Shown here one piece after another: positions 40,641-57,269 of a stretch of 64,000 nt of DNA. Under the pieces are notes generated by a model. That model was not told where the DNA came from. It made no database searches and was given only the letters and a program-made list of their open reading frames with translations. Made by a program: the position numbers and the translations under genes. The first letter of the stretch is position 1. Every line of letters begins with the position of its first letter. This stretch comes from the human T2T-CHM13v2.0 reference genome, Homo sapiens: the NCBI RefSeq assembly GCF_009914755.1, contig NC_060936.1; one strand, written 5' to 3'.

Positions 40641-43600
40641 TTCAGGATTTTTAAATAGTAAAGCGTTAGGGGTGGTGAGCTGATTGGTAGGGGTGCTAGG
40701 AAACTTGTCTTAAAGCTAAGTTTGCATAGCTAGCTTACAATTTTCACTTAGATTAATATACATAGATTTATAGTAGCTTGTGGGGGACTGATAAAGATGT
40801 GGGTTAAAGATTCCTTTTAAAGCCATCCCTTAATGCTACCACTGTACAGAAAGATGGCAGAGTGACTGCCTTTATAGACACCTGCCCACACTTCCTAATC
40901 TGCCCTCAGTTGCAACTCCTAGAGAGTAGGCACACAGCTTAGGGTGGAAAATACATGAAAATTCAGTACTTGTAAATAGATGGGAGGTGGGTAATGAGGA
41001 TGAGCGACAGAAGAAAAAACCTTCTATATTTGTCTGTTCTCACCACCTAAGGGGTTCTTCAGAAAACCAGTGAGCTTTACGCTCAGGTTGAGAAATCCTT
41101 GTTACAGTCACTTTAATTGCAATCTCTATTTCTTCTCTCTTTTTCTTTCTCTCTCTGTGTCTCTACACCTCTCCCTCACCACTTTCTGGATATGCACACA
41201 TATTTACATTCAGATGATTTTAGAAAGCTCCATTGGGGAATAACTATAAATTATGAATATGCAACAGCACTAAAACCAACTATTATAGTCAAAAATCCTG
41301 AAATAAACCTCCTGGTTCTCTTCCTTCCTACTTACTTACAGTCAGCACACAGCAATATATCTTAGAGTGAGGCTAAATGGATATCTGATACTCACTCGAA
41401 TGTGATAGGCAGTCAACAACCCAGTTATCACTGTTGAAGCATTTTAAGGACTACTTCCATGTCACTCTGGCTATGATAAAAACCATAGTCTCCAAATTGG
41501 TACAGTAGGATGAACCTTCCATGACGACTGGTAGCATGTGTTTGATTACACATATGTATACATACATGTACACACAATACACATACCTAAACATTATAAC
41601 CAGATTAGTATATTCCTTTTGCATTGTACTGAATACTTTAAAATAATGTTTCATCAGTGATTGTCAGAGTTATAAAATCATTTGAATATATTAATAAGCT
41701 ATAAACATTTTAATTTTAAAGGATAAAATATGCTGCACAAAAGAGCCAGTACAGCCACTGCTTATGTGTTTAATTTATTTAAAGAGATGCCTGTTCTGTT
41801 ATTACTTCAAATATAGTTATATCTACATGTAAGTGATTTTAATTTGCTACAACATTTAGATGTATCAATGAGACATTTCATAAATTAAAATTGTATCACG
41901 TAGGGAGACTATCTTGATTATGAAGCTTTATTAGGTGATGATTATAAGTGCCTTGTTTAATAATTATAACAGCTTAATGGCTCCTGTAGTTATACTTTAT
42001 AATAAAAATTTCACATTTAATAATATGGAAAGGGATGGTACACAGTGAACTGACAAAAAAGTATTGATTCTGAACCTTTAAATTGGATTCCTATTGATCT
42101 GATGTATGAATATTTTATTGGTGTAAATGTTTTCAGGGTTGCCAGTTTCTATTACTGCATGTTAGCAATTTTACTGGCTATGTATAATGGACAAATTAAA
42201 TGCCAGGATATGGGCATATCCAGCACCCCACACTGATTATTTTGATTCACTTATCACTATACACTACTAGGGCCTTCCCTTTCTCTGTCCCATCTCTGTT
42301 CTGGAAGGTGAGCCACAGACTTCTTCTGTACATGCCTCAGATACATGACAAGCCAGTGATGGGTGGTCTGGCTTGTTATCTGGTAGAGGCTGGGTGGGCA
42401 TGTGTCTCTTCCTGCTAAGGCCCACAGCCCCTTAGCTAAGACTTACACATTTGCTCCAAGGCCAGTCATTTGGGCCCGAGTACCTAATGGATAATAACAT
42501 GGGCTCTGGGATTAGGTAGAGCAAGATGGCTGAACAAAAGCTTCAACCAATTGTCCTCCCCACAGGAACACCAAACTGAACAACTATGCACACAAAAAAG
42601 CACCTTCATAAGAACCAAAAATCAGCTTAGGTACCAGCTTGGCCACAGTGGAGTAGAGCACCAAGCAGGCTCTTGGGGTCCCTGATTCCAGGCCTAGCTC
42701 TTAGATGGCATTTCTGGACTTGCCCTGGGCCAGAACGGAGCCCATTGCCCTTCTGGGAGAGTCCCAGTCCTGCCAGCATTCATCACAAGCTGACTGAAGA
42801 GCTCTTGTGCCTTGAGTGAACACTGGTGGTACCCAGGAAGTACTCACCATGGACCTAGGGTAGTGGTGATCACAGGGAGAGACTCCTCTGTTTGTGGAAA
42901 GGGGAGGGAAGAGTAGAAGAACTTTGTGTTGAGGTATGTGTTCCAGCTCAGCCACAATCGAGTAAGGCACCAGGTATATTCCTAAGGTTTCTGACTGTAG
43001 GACCTGGCTCCTGGATGGCACCTCTGGACCCACCCAGGGTTTGGGGAATTCACTGCCCTGAAGGGAAGGACACAAGCCTGGCTGGCTTTGCCACCTGCTG
43101 ATTGTAGAACCCTAGGGCTATGAGCAAAGATAAGCAATAGCCAGGCAGTGGTTACCACAGGTGTTGGGTGAGACCCAATGCTGTGCTGTCTTCAGGTCTG
43201 ACCTAGCACAGTCCCAAGGGCAATGGCCACAAGGGTGCTTGTGTGATCCCACCCACAGTTCTAGGCAGCTCAGCACAGAGAGAGAGAGAGAGAGATGCCA
43301 TTTGTTTGGGAGAAAGTAAGGGAAGAGAACAAGAGCCTATGTCTGGAAATCCAAAGAATTCTTCCAGATCTTATCCAAGACCACCAAGTACCTCTAAGAG
43401 ACCGCAAGAGTCACAGTGTTACTAGACTCGAGGTGCCCCCTAATGCAGTTATGGCTACAGTGACCAAAAACTTAGATCACAACACTCAAGTCCCTTTGAA
43501 TACCTGGAAGGCCCTTCCCAAGAAGAATGGGTACAAACGAGCCCAGACTTAGAAGACTACAATAAATATCTAGCTCTTCAATGCCCAGATACTGACAAAC

Positions 43601-46129
43601 ATCCATAAGCATCAAGACCATCCAGGAAAAATAATCTTACCAAACAAACTAAATAAATCACCAGGGACCAATCCCAGAGAGACAGAGATATGTAACCTTT
43701 CAGACAGAGAATTCAAAATAACTGTTTTGAGGAAATGCAATGAAATTCAAGATAACATAGAGAAGGAATTCAGAATTCTATCAGATACATTTAACAAAGA
43801 GATTGGAATAATTAAAAAGAATCAAGCAGAAATTCTGGAGTTGAAAAATGCAATTAACATACTGAAGAATGCATCAGAGTCTCTTAGCAGAATTGATCAA
43901 GTAGAAGAAAGAATTAGTGAGCTTGATGACAGGCTATTTGAAAATACACAGTCGGAGGAGACAAAAGAAAAAAAGAATGAATAAGAATGAAGGATGCCTC
44001 CAAGATGTGGAAAATATCCTCAAAAGGGCAAGTGTAAGTGTTATTGGCCCTAAAGAGGAAGTACAAAGAGAAATAGGTGCAGGAAGTTTATTCAAAAAGA
44101 TAATAACAGAGAACTTAACAAACCTAGAGAAAGGTGTAAATATTCAAGTGTAAAAACACCAAGCAGATTTAACCCAAATAAGACTACCTCAAGACGTTTA
44201 ATAATCAAACTCCCAAAGATCAAGGATAAAGAAAGGTTCGGAAGAAATAATATAAATAGAGTTCCAATATGCCTGGTAGCAGACTTTTCAGCGGAAACCT
44301 TACAGGCCAGGAGAAACTGGCATGACATATTTAATGTGCTGAAGGAAAAAAACCTTTTATCTTAGAATAGTATATCCAACAAAAATATCCTTTAAATATG
44401 AAGGAGAAATAATAACTTTCCTGGACAAACAAAGGTTGAGGGATTTCATCAACACCAGACCTGTCCTACAAAAAAATGCTAAAGGGAGTTTTCAATCTGA
44501 AAGAAAAGGACATTAATGAGAAATAAGAAAACATCTGAAGGTGCAAAAAACTCACAGGTAATAGCACAGAGAAAATCACAGAATATTATAACACTGTAAT
44601 TGTAGGGTATAAACTATTCATATCTCAAGTAGAAAGACTAAAAGATCAACCAATCAAAAATAATAACTACAGCCACTTCTCAAGAAATAGACAGTACAAT
44701 AAGATAGAAATAGAAACAACAAAAAGTTAAAAAGTATGCAGTGGGGGGGAATGAAGTTAAAGTGTACAGTTTTTATTAGTTTTCTCTTTGCTTGTTTGTT
44801 AGTCTATGCAATCAGTATTAAGTTGTCATCCATTTAAAATAATGGGTTATAAGATAGTATTTTCAAACCTCATGGTAACTTCAAATCAAAAATCATACAA
44901 CAGAGAAAAAATATGCAAAAAATAAAAAGCAAGACATTAAAACATACCACCAGAGAAAATCACCTTTACTAAAAGGAAGAAAGAAAGAAAAGAAAGAAGG
45001 AAGGAAGGAAGAGAGGACCGCAAAACAACCAGGAAACAAATATCAAAATGGCAGGAGTAAGTCCTTACTTATCAGTAATAACATTGAATGTAAATGAACT
45101 AAACTCTCCAATCAAAAGACAGAGAGTGGCTGAATGGATAAAAAAAAAAAACAAGATTCAACAATCTGTTGCCTACAAGAAACCCGCTTCACCTATAAAG
45201 ACACACATAGACTGAAAATAAAGGGATGGAAAAAATATACTATGCAAATGTAAACTGAAAAAGAGCAAGAATAGCTATACATATATCAGACAAAATAGAT
45301 TTCAAGACAAAAACTATAAGAAGAGACAAAGAAGGTCCATATATGATGATAAAGGGGTTACTTCAGCAAGAGGATATAACAATTATATATATATATAATA
45401 TATAATATATATTTTCACCCAGTGCTAGAGCACTCAGGTATATAAAGCAAAAATTACTAGAGCTAAAGAGAAAGATAGACCTGAATACAATAATAGCTGG
45501 AGACTTCAACAGTTTCAGCATTGAACAAATGATCCAGACAGAAAATCAACAAAGAAATATCAGATGTAATCTGCAATACAGACCAAATGCCCTTAATAGA
45601 TATTTACAGAACATTTCATCCAACAGCCTCAGAGTACGCATTCTTCTCGGCACATGGATTATTCTCAAGGATAGACTGTATGTTAGGCCACAAAACAAGT
45701 CTAAAAAATTCAACAAAATTGAAATTATATCAGTATCTTCTCTGACCACAATGGAATAAAACTATAATAAATCAGTATCAAGAGGAATTTTGGAAAATAT
45801 AAAAACACACGGAAATTAAATAGTATGCTCCTGAATGACCAGTGGGTCAATGAAGAGATTAAAAAGGAAATAAAAAAATTTCTTGAAGCAGGTAATAATG
45901 GAAACACAACATACCAAAACCTACGGGATACAGCGAAGCCAGTACTAAAGAGAAGTTTATAGCTATAAGTGCCTACATCAAAATAGAAGAAAAATTTCAA
46001 ATAAACAATGTAACAATGCATCTTAAAGAACTAGAGAAGCAAGAGCAAACCAAACCCAAAATTAGTGGAAGAAAATAAATAAAGATCAGAGAAGAAATAA
46101 ATAAAATTAAAATGGAGAAAACAATATGA

Positions 46130-46472
<343 letters not shown>

Positions 46473-46694
46473 AAAAAAATGATTTTCTTAAAAAGATAAA
46501 CAAAATTTTTGTCAGTTGACAAGACTTAAATCTAAGACTTCAAGCTATGAAACTATTAAAAGCAAACATTGGGAAAACTCTCCAGGCAAGTGATTTCTTG
46601 AGTAATACCTTACAAGCACAGGCAACCAAAGCAAAAATGGACAGATGGGATCACATCAAGTTAAAAAGCTTCTGCATAGTAAAAGAAACAATCA

Positions 46695-47105
<411 letters not shown>

Positions 47106-48130
47106 CTAATAATCCCATTAAAAACTGGGTGAAATGTCTGAATAGACATTTCTCAAAAGACATACAAATGACCAACAGGCATATGAAAAGGTGCTCAACA
47201 TCACTGATCATCAGAGAAATGCAAATCAAAACTGCAATGAGATATCATTTCATCCCAGTTAAAAAGGCTTTTATTCAAAAGACAGGCAATAACAAATGCT
47301 GGTGAGGATGTGGAGAAAAGGGAACTCTCGTACACTGTTGGTGGGAATGTAAGTTGGTACAACCACTATGGAGAACAGTTTGGAGGTTCCTTAAAAAATT
47401 AAAATGGAACTATCATGTAATCCAGTAATCCCACTGCTAGGTATATACCCAAAAGAAAGGAAATCAGTATATTGAAGATATGTCTTATCTGTGTACTCCC
47501 ATATTTGTTGCAGCACTATTCACAATGGCCAAGATTTGGAAGCAACCCAAATGTTCATCAACAGATGAATGGATAAAGAAAATATGGTACATATATGCAA
47601 TGGAGTGCTATCCAGCCATAAAAAGGAATTAGCTCTTGTCATTGTCAACAACGTGGATGGAACACGAGGTCATTATGTTAAGTGAAATAAACCAGGCACA
47701 AAAAGACAAACTTCACATGTCCTCACTTATTTGTGAAAGCTAAAAATTAAAACAATTGAACACATGAAGATAGAGAGTAGAATGATGGTTACCAGAGGTT
47801 GGGAAGGGTATTGAGGGTGCGGGGAAGGGACGGTGAGACAGTGGGGATGGTAAATACGTATAAAAATATAGTTAGATATTTAGAATTAATAAGATCTAGT
47901 ATTTGATAGCACAACAGGTTAACTATAGTCAACAATAATTTATTGTACATTTAAAAATAATCATTTGTAACACAAAGAAAGGATAAATACTTGAGGTGAT
48001 GCATACCCATTTGCCCATGCAATAATGCCTGTATCATGCCTGTATCAAAACATCTCATGTACCCCATAAATATATACACCTACTACATACCTACAAAAAT
48101 AAAAAAAAAACCCCTGGACTCTGGAGTCAG

Positions 48131-48235
48131 ATTCATTCAATTCAAATAATATTTATTGAGAGCCAAATAGCAGACATTGTTCCAGGTGCTAGGAACAGAA
48201 TCGTGATCCTGGCTTCATGGACTTCCATTCTCATG
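48131..48235 (-). mobile_element. L2 3' end nested in a MIR
   Basis: attcattcaattcaaataatatttattgag...ccaggtgctagg lies between MIR ctctggagtcaga and tgcctaggttcaaatcc. Confidence 0.65.
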
Positions 48236-48582
48236 ATTGCCTAGGTTCAAATCCTAACTCTACCTCATAACCTCAGGAAATATGTTTTACTGTCTGAACT
48301 TATCTCTTAATTTGTACCAGATTCATGTTTGTTGCAAGAATTTACAGAGGCAATGTATATAAAGCATCCAATATCATGCCTAGCTCATTGCAAGTGTCAC
48401 TTATTTTTATTTTTGGGTGAAAGTCTGATGCAAGCCATATTTATGCCATAAATTTAATTGGATGTGAATATGATCTACTAGTTGAAATGACTCTGATTTC
48501 TATGCTTTTTAATCTAGTCTGAGCAGCATTTATGATACAGTAATGGCCAAAAGACAATGAAAACACTATTATTTATCTTAAT

Positions 48583-50045
<1,463 letters not shown>

Positions 50046-50594
50046 TGTAGTCAATTGTGGTGAGTCATAGGAGGGATGCCAAGTGTGGAATCACCACAGA
50101 TGCCAGTCAAGGCTCAACGTGACCAGCTGTTCAGGGTGCTTTGACAATCCCAAGCCTTGAAACTACCTAAAGGCTCCTTCTGAGTCAAATATCAAAAAAA
50201 TGGATCCCAAATGACTCCTAATATGATTTCTCCCAGATGCTCTTTCTGATAACTTTGTTTCCGACGTTGATATCTGATGCTCTCCTAATTACTTTGGACC
50301 ACTTTCTTCCTGGAAGACTCTATATGGCTCTTATCATTGAGCAGCTCTTTGCAATGAAGATGGGAAAAGACCTCCACTATCTTCTGTTATGATCTAAGGC
50401 CCTCGATGAGGTACCCATTGCCTCCATGTATCTTCCTGGGAAGGCCTTTCTGAGGCTTTGGCTGGTATCTTAATTTCTTGTGGAATATACATACTGGTGT
50501 TCTGGTGCTGTGATGTCTGGATATGTTGAGGTATTGACCATACCCTGGCCAGTGGTTTTCCTTTTGTTTATATGGAGAGAGTCCCTGCTCTGGC

Positions 50595-50698
50595 AAGGGA
50601 AGAGATGAAGGGAAGAGAGGGTAGAAGAGGGGAGGGGAGGGAAGGGGAGGGGAGGGGAGGGAAGAGGAGGGGAGAGGAGGGGAGGGGAGGGGAGGGAA
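50595..50698 (+). repeat. (GGGGA)n-like polypurine tract with G-quadruplex/triplex potential
   Basis: More than 10 G3-G4 runs separated mostly by 1-2 A. Confidence 0.9.
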
Positions 50699-51169
50699 CA
50701 ATTTACTGTGCCTTTTTAAAAAGAGATCAGCCAATAAAAAGGTAGATTTTGGAGACAGACAAATCTAAAAAAAAAAAAAAAAAAAAGAAATGAAGGTTCC
50801 AAATTGATCACCTAAATCATACAGTCCTTTATCAAAATGCCTGGAAGCCTGTCTAGGCTGGAGGTTGGCTAACAGCATACACTCAGCTGACCCGGGGAGT
50901 ACTGATTTATTTTCCTATGTTAGAAGTTAGGCCTCATCTGAAAGGCAGAGAGAAGGGCATCATCACACTCTATGCCCTATGGACTGGGATTGGGGTGGGC
51001 ACTGGAGACTATTCAAGAGGGCATTTTTGGGAAAATAGGAAGAGAGCTCATGGTGGAAGACAGGGAAAGTACCAGTAGAAGCCGCATTCTGACAACATTC
51101 CACAAGGAGAGAAGCTAATTAAAAATGGGAACCTGACATAGGCCAACTAAATGAGTATCTCTGGGGCTG

Positions 51170-51260
51170 GGATCTGGCAGTGATCTTTCATAAAAAAAAC
51201 TCCCCTAGATAATTCTAACATAGCCAGAGGTAAAAACAACAACAAAAAACCCCACTACTG
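51170..51260. mobile_element. MER5B-like fragment
   Basis: aaaaactcccctagataattctaacatagccag...cactactg. Confidence 0.55.
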
Positions 51261-51268
51261 CTCCAGAC

Positions 51269-51451
51269 TAGTAGTTCTCAAAGTGTAATTCGCAGACCAG
51301 CACACGTGGGTATTTGTAGAAGTGCAAATTAACAGGACCCCCCACCACCCCAGATCTACTGAAACAGAAACTCTGAGGGTGGGACTCAGGAATCTGTGTC
51401 TTAACAAGCTCTCCAGTGATTCTGATGCTTGCTCAAGTTGGAGAACTACTG
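51269..51451. mobile_element. MER5A hAT MITE, full length
   Basis: TIRs tagtagttctcaaa / ttggagaactactg; 8-bp TSD ctccagac / ctctagat. Confidence 0.9.
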
Positions 51452-53854
51452 CTCTAGATAAGTCATACCAGACCGAAAAAACAAACAAACAAAAAAATTA
51501 GGAAGGTCAGGAAGGCAGGCAGGGTAAAATGGATCAGGGTGGAAGTCCACTGTGGTTTCCTTTTGTACTTTAGAGAAGAATGAAAAACGCACATTGCTCA
51601 CTTCCATACAACTTTGGAGAGGGGAAGGTATCTAACCCTTCACCTTTCTCTCTCCTAAAGCTCCTTCCTAGGAGCCATTAAATGACAGAGGCCTCTTGGT
51701 TCCAAGTGGGTTTTAGGATTTTTAAATAAAATGCAGAGACTAATAATGAAATTTGTTGGACCATCAGAAAGGACAGCAGATGGCCCTTGTGCCTAGGAGG
51801 GAGGGAGGGAGGGTAACGGCTTTCCAGACCAGGAAAAAATAACCTAAGAATAAAAAGAAAACCAAATGATTAAAACTGAACTTTGCTTTACTTTTCCCTT
51901 TTATTTCATGAAAGCAGTGTTTGGGCACAGTAGAGATATGCTAATAAAATTGAATAATGTCTCTTGCACTAAGTTTTCAGTACAAGATGAAAACTGCATA
52001 AGAACATGTTCTAATGATGCGTTGGTTTTCTCACAGTAACATCCAGCCCCCAGAACATTCTCTGGCAGCACCCACACTCTCCTGTCCTAGTGAATAAACC
52101 TGGAACAAAGCTGAAAATCTGAGGAGCTGCCGCCTGGATGGGGAAGGATATGCTTGTGAAATGTAGCTTGGCTCTGTTGCTGACTTAGATGGGAGTACAG
52201 GAAAGTCATTAGTTTCTCTGGCCCTCAATTTTCTCAAGTAGGAAATGACAGAAACCACCCAAATGAACTGAAATGTCAAAGTGATCTCCACAGGCCCAGG
52301 AAGAGGGCCAGGTGCCATAGCCAAACAGGATAGCAGAAAATCGCACAGGCTCATGGTGTCACATTCTGGTAAATGGGCATGATGAAATTTAACTAAGCTG
52401 AAAAACTGAGAAGTTTAGTGATCAAATGTGGGCCAAACATTCTATGGGCATTTTTGTTGTTGCTTATTTTAATGGTCTTTTCCTCCTCATACTCACATGC
52501 TGTGCAAAAATTATATAATTATATAAAAAATATGAATTATATAAGTAAAGAACCCCAACCAAATCTCAATTGATTTTGTGAAAAAGAAATATCTTTTTTT
52601 TTGCTTACTTTTAAGTTCTTTTTATCAGAAAACAAATACCACATGGGATTATTATTTTAAACACAAGCTGCATTTAAGAGAAAGTGTCTAGTAAACCTTC
52701 TGGGGCTGTAAATTAGCTGCTAATTTTGTTTGACTAAAGGCTGTAAAATGCATTTCTGGGAATTATTGTGCACAGAGAACATCCTCCTAATACTTCAGTG
52801 GGCTTGAACAGAGAAATGGAATCCTACTCAGTATACCTGTTACTAAACTGAGGCTACTCCACGACCCAGGCTCATTCTACCTAACTACATAGCCAGCTTT
52901 TCTGGATTTGTGAAAGATGAGATTTTGGGAAAGAACATGAGAAACAATGAGTCATTCACAGACACATAAGTAGAGATTTGAAATTGGTGTTCAGACCATC
53001 TAATCTTCACATTTCCTCCTTTGTTCAATCTCATTCCAGTCTCTGAAATTTTCCAAGGGCCTGTTTATTACTCTGTTCTATTCACCTACTGCTATGTTCA
53101 GTTACTGCCCCCTGTTTCTCTAATGGAGTTTTGCTTTCAAGACTGGGGACAACTCTTCTCAATATGTATTTACATTTTTCATTTCCTTATACAAGTTCCA
53201 TCATTTTTTCTTTATGATAGTTTTCTTTAACCTGTTTATTCATTTGTTTCATTTGTTATATTTTCATGTTTTTTATCCTGGTCCTTATTTTCCTCCATGA
53301 CACCTCTTCTTATACTTGATGTTGTTCTCTAGAATGCTGTTAGATTTGCTACCTGTCTCTTTCAAAATTTACCTGGGCAATGGTAGCACACAAAGGGCCA
53401 TGCAGACTTGCCAATATTAGGCTGGTTTGGCCTAGCATAGTACCTGGCACACAGCAGGCATTCAATCAATATCTGTTCAGTGACTGCCTGAATGAAAATA
53501 GAAATGATATCAGTAGTTTTTTGCAATAATCTTAAGCAAAATTATAAACTAATAACTTCCACTCCTTTAAATGTGTGTCAACTTTTCTGTACTAATTGGA
53601 AAAACATCTAGTTCATGTGGATCAAAATTGAGTCTATATGCTACGTAGGGCAAAGGCATGCCTGGATTTTAACATCTCATCCTCAGTGACTCTAATGGTG
53701 CCTGGCACAGAGGAGATGCCCAATAAGTTTATATGAAATGGCTTAGAATGGACTACCTTCTCCATGCGACTAATGATCTGTTACTACTTCCTGAAAGGTT
53801 AGCCATTATTGATATACCACTTCTAGATGCTGTGACAAATGGCACAGCTCAGCA

Positions 53855-54018
53855 GCAAAAGTACTTTTTAAAGTCTATGGGCCTCCACAGGTTGAGTTTG
53901 AAAAGGATCTGTTAATCCTCTGAAATTACATGTGATTTATGGGGAGAAAGTTTACAAAATTATTAATATTCTTGAAGGGGAATATGACCTCCCCCCACCC
54001 CAAATTTCAGAACCACAG
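53855..54018. mobile_element. Charlie4z-like hAT MITE
   Basis: ctctgaaattacatg...ggggagaaag...ttcttgaagggg...tgacc...agaaccac; resembles the 34-kb copy. Confidence 0.45.
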
Positions 54019-54079
54019 TGGATAATGAAAGTTTCTATGCTGTAAGAGCAATTAGGAAGTCCTGAAAAACAGGGAATTT

Positions 54080-54330
54080 AGTCAGGAGACTTGAGTTGAA
54101 ATCCTAACTCTGCCCCTTGCTGGCTGGGTGACCTTGGCCAAGTTTTAAACTCTTTCTTATCTTCAGTTTCCTTATTATGACATGGTGATGTTAATGACAA
54201 GTCTCTAGACATAGTGGTTAAACTTCAACTTGAACCCAAATTTTTCTGGCTCTAAAGCCCAGGCTCTTAACATCTATCATCCTACATTAATTAAATGAGA
54301 TAACTGATGTGAAAATGCCTGATGTAAATA
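54080..54330. mobile_element. MIR fragments
   Basis: aatcctaactctgcc...tgggtgaccttggccaagtt...cagtttcct. Confidence 0.65.
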
Positions 54331-54795
54331 TTTGTTAAAGCAACAACAAAAAATGTCATTTGTCAAAGTAACAAAGTATTTTTTAAAGTAACAACAAAAG
54401 AGACAGATAACCACAAAGAAAAGGCCACTTTAGAAATTCCTCTTTGACCTATTAAAGAATGTTCAAGTTCAAAATATGTTTGTCATTATGATTAAAAATC
54501 CAACCCCAAAACTTGGGTGAAGATGGCATAATCTGTTAGTTTGGATATATACAGACTAAGGGGATTCTTTGGAATACCCTTTGTCTAGAGTGATCTTATG
54601 ACATGGTACGGATAACTAGACTCACCTAACATTCAAATGAAGGGCTGTGTGTCTTCCATACTTTGTAGACAGAGGTGGCAGATCATCTGCTTTTAAATAT
54701 AGAGGGCTCCCATTCTGCTAGGATCCAGAGGGAATGAGGGTCCTATGTTACAGATGTCCCTCTGCCTGCACAAAAGGCTGAAGAACAAGCCATCA

Positions 54796-55239
<444 letters not shown>

Positions 55240-55399
55240 TTAGCCGTTTCATTGCATTGTTTTGACAAGTGACAGGAATTAGGTTTGCTAATGTTGGAAG
55301 AAAAATCTCACTTGTTGCTTTTAACTTAAACCTTTTATGGTTTTGAGATAGGTTTATTCACTGGGCTGGAGAATGAAGGATTTATCTGTATTAGTCGGA

Positions 55400-55635
55400 T
55401 TTGATCAGTTTTCAAGTAGCTACTCAGTGTCAGGCCTATACATTATCTCGTTTAACTCTCTTAACACCATGGTAAGGTTGACTGTATCATAATCTCCATT
55501 TATCAGATAAGGAAACAAAGATTCAGAGAAGTCACCAAGTTGAGATCATTGCCCAGCTGCACACAGCTAGTGAGTGGTGAAGCTGAGACACAAATCAGGG
55601 CTTCCGACGCCACTTTCTATTACACTTTACTATGC
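55400..55635 (-). mobile_element. MIR
   Basis: ctccatttatcagataaggaaacaaagattcagagaag...cacacagctagtgagtgg. Confidence 0.7.
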
Positions 55636-56432
55636 TGTGCATTCGTGTAAAAGCATGATATTTTTAAAATGGCATTCCAGCTGCCAGAAGGATATCAAAT
55701 CAAGTACTAAAGACAATATTATTAGAAATGGAAATCTGGACTCACCAAGAAATGTCTTCAGTTCTATATAATAGGAAGACTGGTATTTTGCTTGATATGG
55801 GTGTTTCAATATCATCTGCTCCTAAAATGCAGTCTAGACACCTCTTGTGACCTGCTCAGGTGATACTAATGAAATTTGGGTCATTTTTAGCATCTACAGA
55901 GAACAGAGTAAGAGTGCTGTGTGTTCAATACTATTGCAGACTTATGGGATAAACTGGATTTTCTTGCTTTACTTTATAAAGCTAATGCCTGATTACAAAT
56001 ATAAGTTTAAAACAAACCTCAAAATTTCTTGGCACCCACTCTTTGTGGTTGGTAACATGGACATCTGTATAAAATACCCAAGACCTTCATAGAGCAAAAG
56101 TGAGTGGGAAATTAATTTTTATTGGGTATATAATCATCACTAGCCATGTTCAAATACTTTTTCTCTAAATCCTTTACAAAGATCTTGTAAGTTGGGTATT
56201 ATTACATTCAGTTTAGACTAAACAAAATGCAAAAAAAAAAAAAAATAAAGAAAATAGACTCACAAGGTAAAGTTGCATACTTGAGACATAACAAAATTAA
56301 ATTTCATTCTATGATGCTGCCACATAGCAGATGATACAAGCAGTATAGAATACCCATAAACATTATATTTTAAGGTATTTCCACCTGTATCTTTCTTGGG
56401 GCAGGTAAATGAAACTCACTATAAACCAGTTA

Positions 56433-57061
56433 CAGGTCCTCCTTTATCTGAGGTTTTGCTTTCTCAAGTTTCAGTTACCTGCAGTCAACCATGGTCTAAA
56501 AATATTAAATGAAAAATTCCAGAAATAAACAGTTTATTACGTTTTAAAATGGATGTCCTTCTGAGTTGTGTGATGAAATCTCATGCCATCCTGCTCCATC
56601 CCTCCAGGGATGTGAGTCATCCCTTTGTCTAGTGTATCCATGCTGTCTGCCCTTAGTCAGCCTTCTTGGTTGTCAGATTGATTGGTACAATGGACACAAG
56701 GTATTACCGTGCTTGTGTCTAAGTAACCTGTGTTTTACTATTATTACAGTCTATTGTTATAGTTTCTATTTTAATATAAGTTATTGTTGGTAATCTCTTA
56801 CTGTGCTTAGCTGATAAATTAAACTTTATTATAGATATCTATCTATATCTATCACAGATATATCTATAGATACGTACCTGCGATATGTATCTATATGCGA
56901 TATGTATAGATACATATCGCAGGTATGTATCTATAGATACATCGGTATATATATGAAAAAACAGTACATATAGGGTTTGGTACTAACCACAGTTTCAGGC
57001 ATCCACTGGGTGGGGATGCGGGTCTTAAAACACAACCCTTGTGGATAAGAGAGGACTACTA
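56433..57061 (+). mobile_element. MER44 (B-like, TcMar-Tigger) with an internal palindromic expansion
   Basis: Starts caggtcctcctttatctgaggttttgcttt...ttcagttacctgcagtcaacc and ends ggataagagaggactac; TA flanks. Confidence 0.85.
56861..56939. repeat. Inverted repeat: 35-bp arms (34/35 match), 9-nt spacer
   Basis: tatctatagatacgtacctgcgatatgtatctata - tgcgatatg - tatagatacatatcgcaggtatgtatctatagata. Confidence 0.95.
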
Positions 57062-57269
57062 TATGGAAAGTCAGAGTTAGAGAGCTTTTGTAGGTTATGT
57101 AGTTCAATCTTTTGTTTTGCTGGTAAGGAGAAGAATACACCTTAATTTTGACTTCTTAACTCGAAAAGTTAAGAAACTTGTCTAAGGTCACAGAGCTAGT
57201 GGCAGAGCAAGCCAAGCATCAGTGTCTCCAAAATCCAGCTCAGTGTTGTTTGTGTTATATCAGAATGAG

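Noticed and set aside
42510-43550. L1 5'UTR as an active promoter or CpG island
   Set aside because: CpGs are almost entirely decayed and nothing in the sequence indicates activity.
50387-50734. 115-aa minus-strand ORF
   Set aside because: Its length depends on the GGGGA repeat (poly-P/S); it has a non-ATG start and no recognisable domain.
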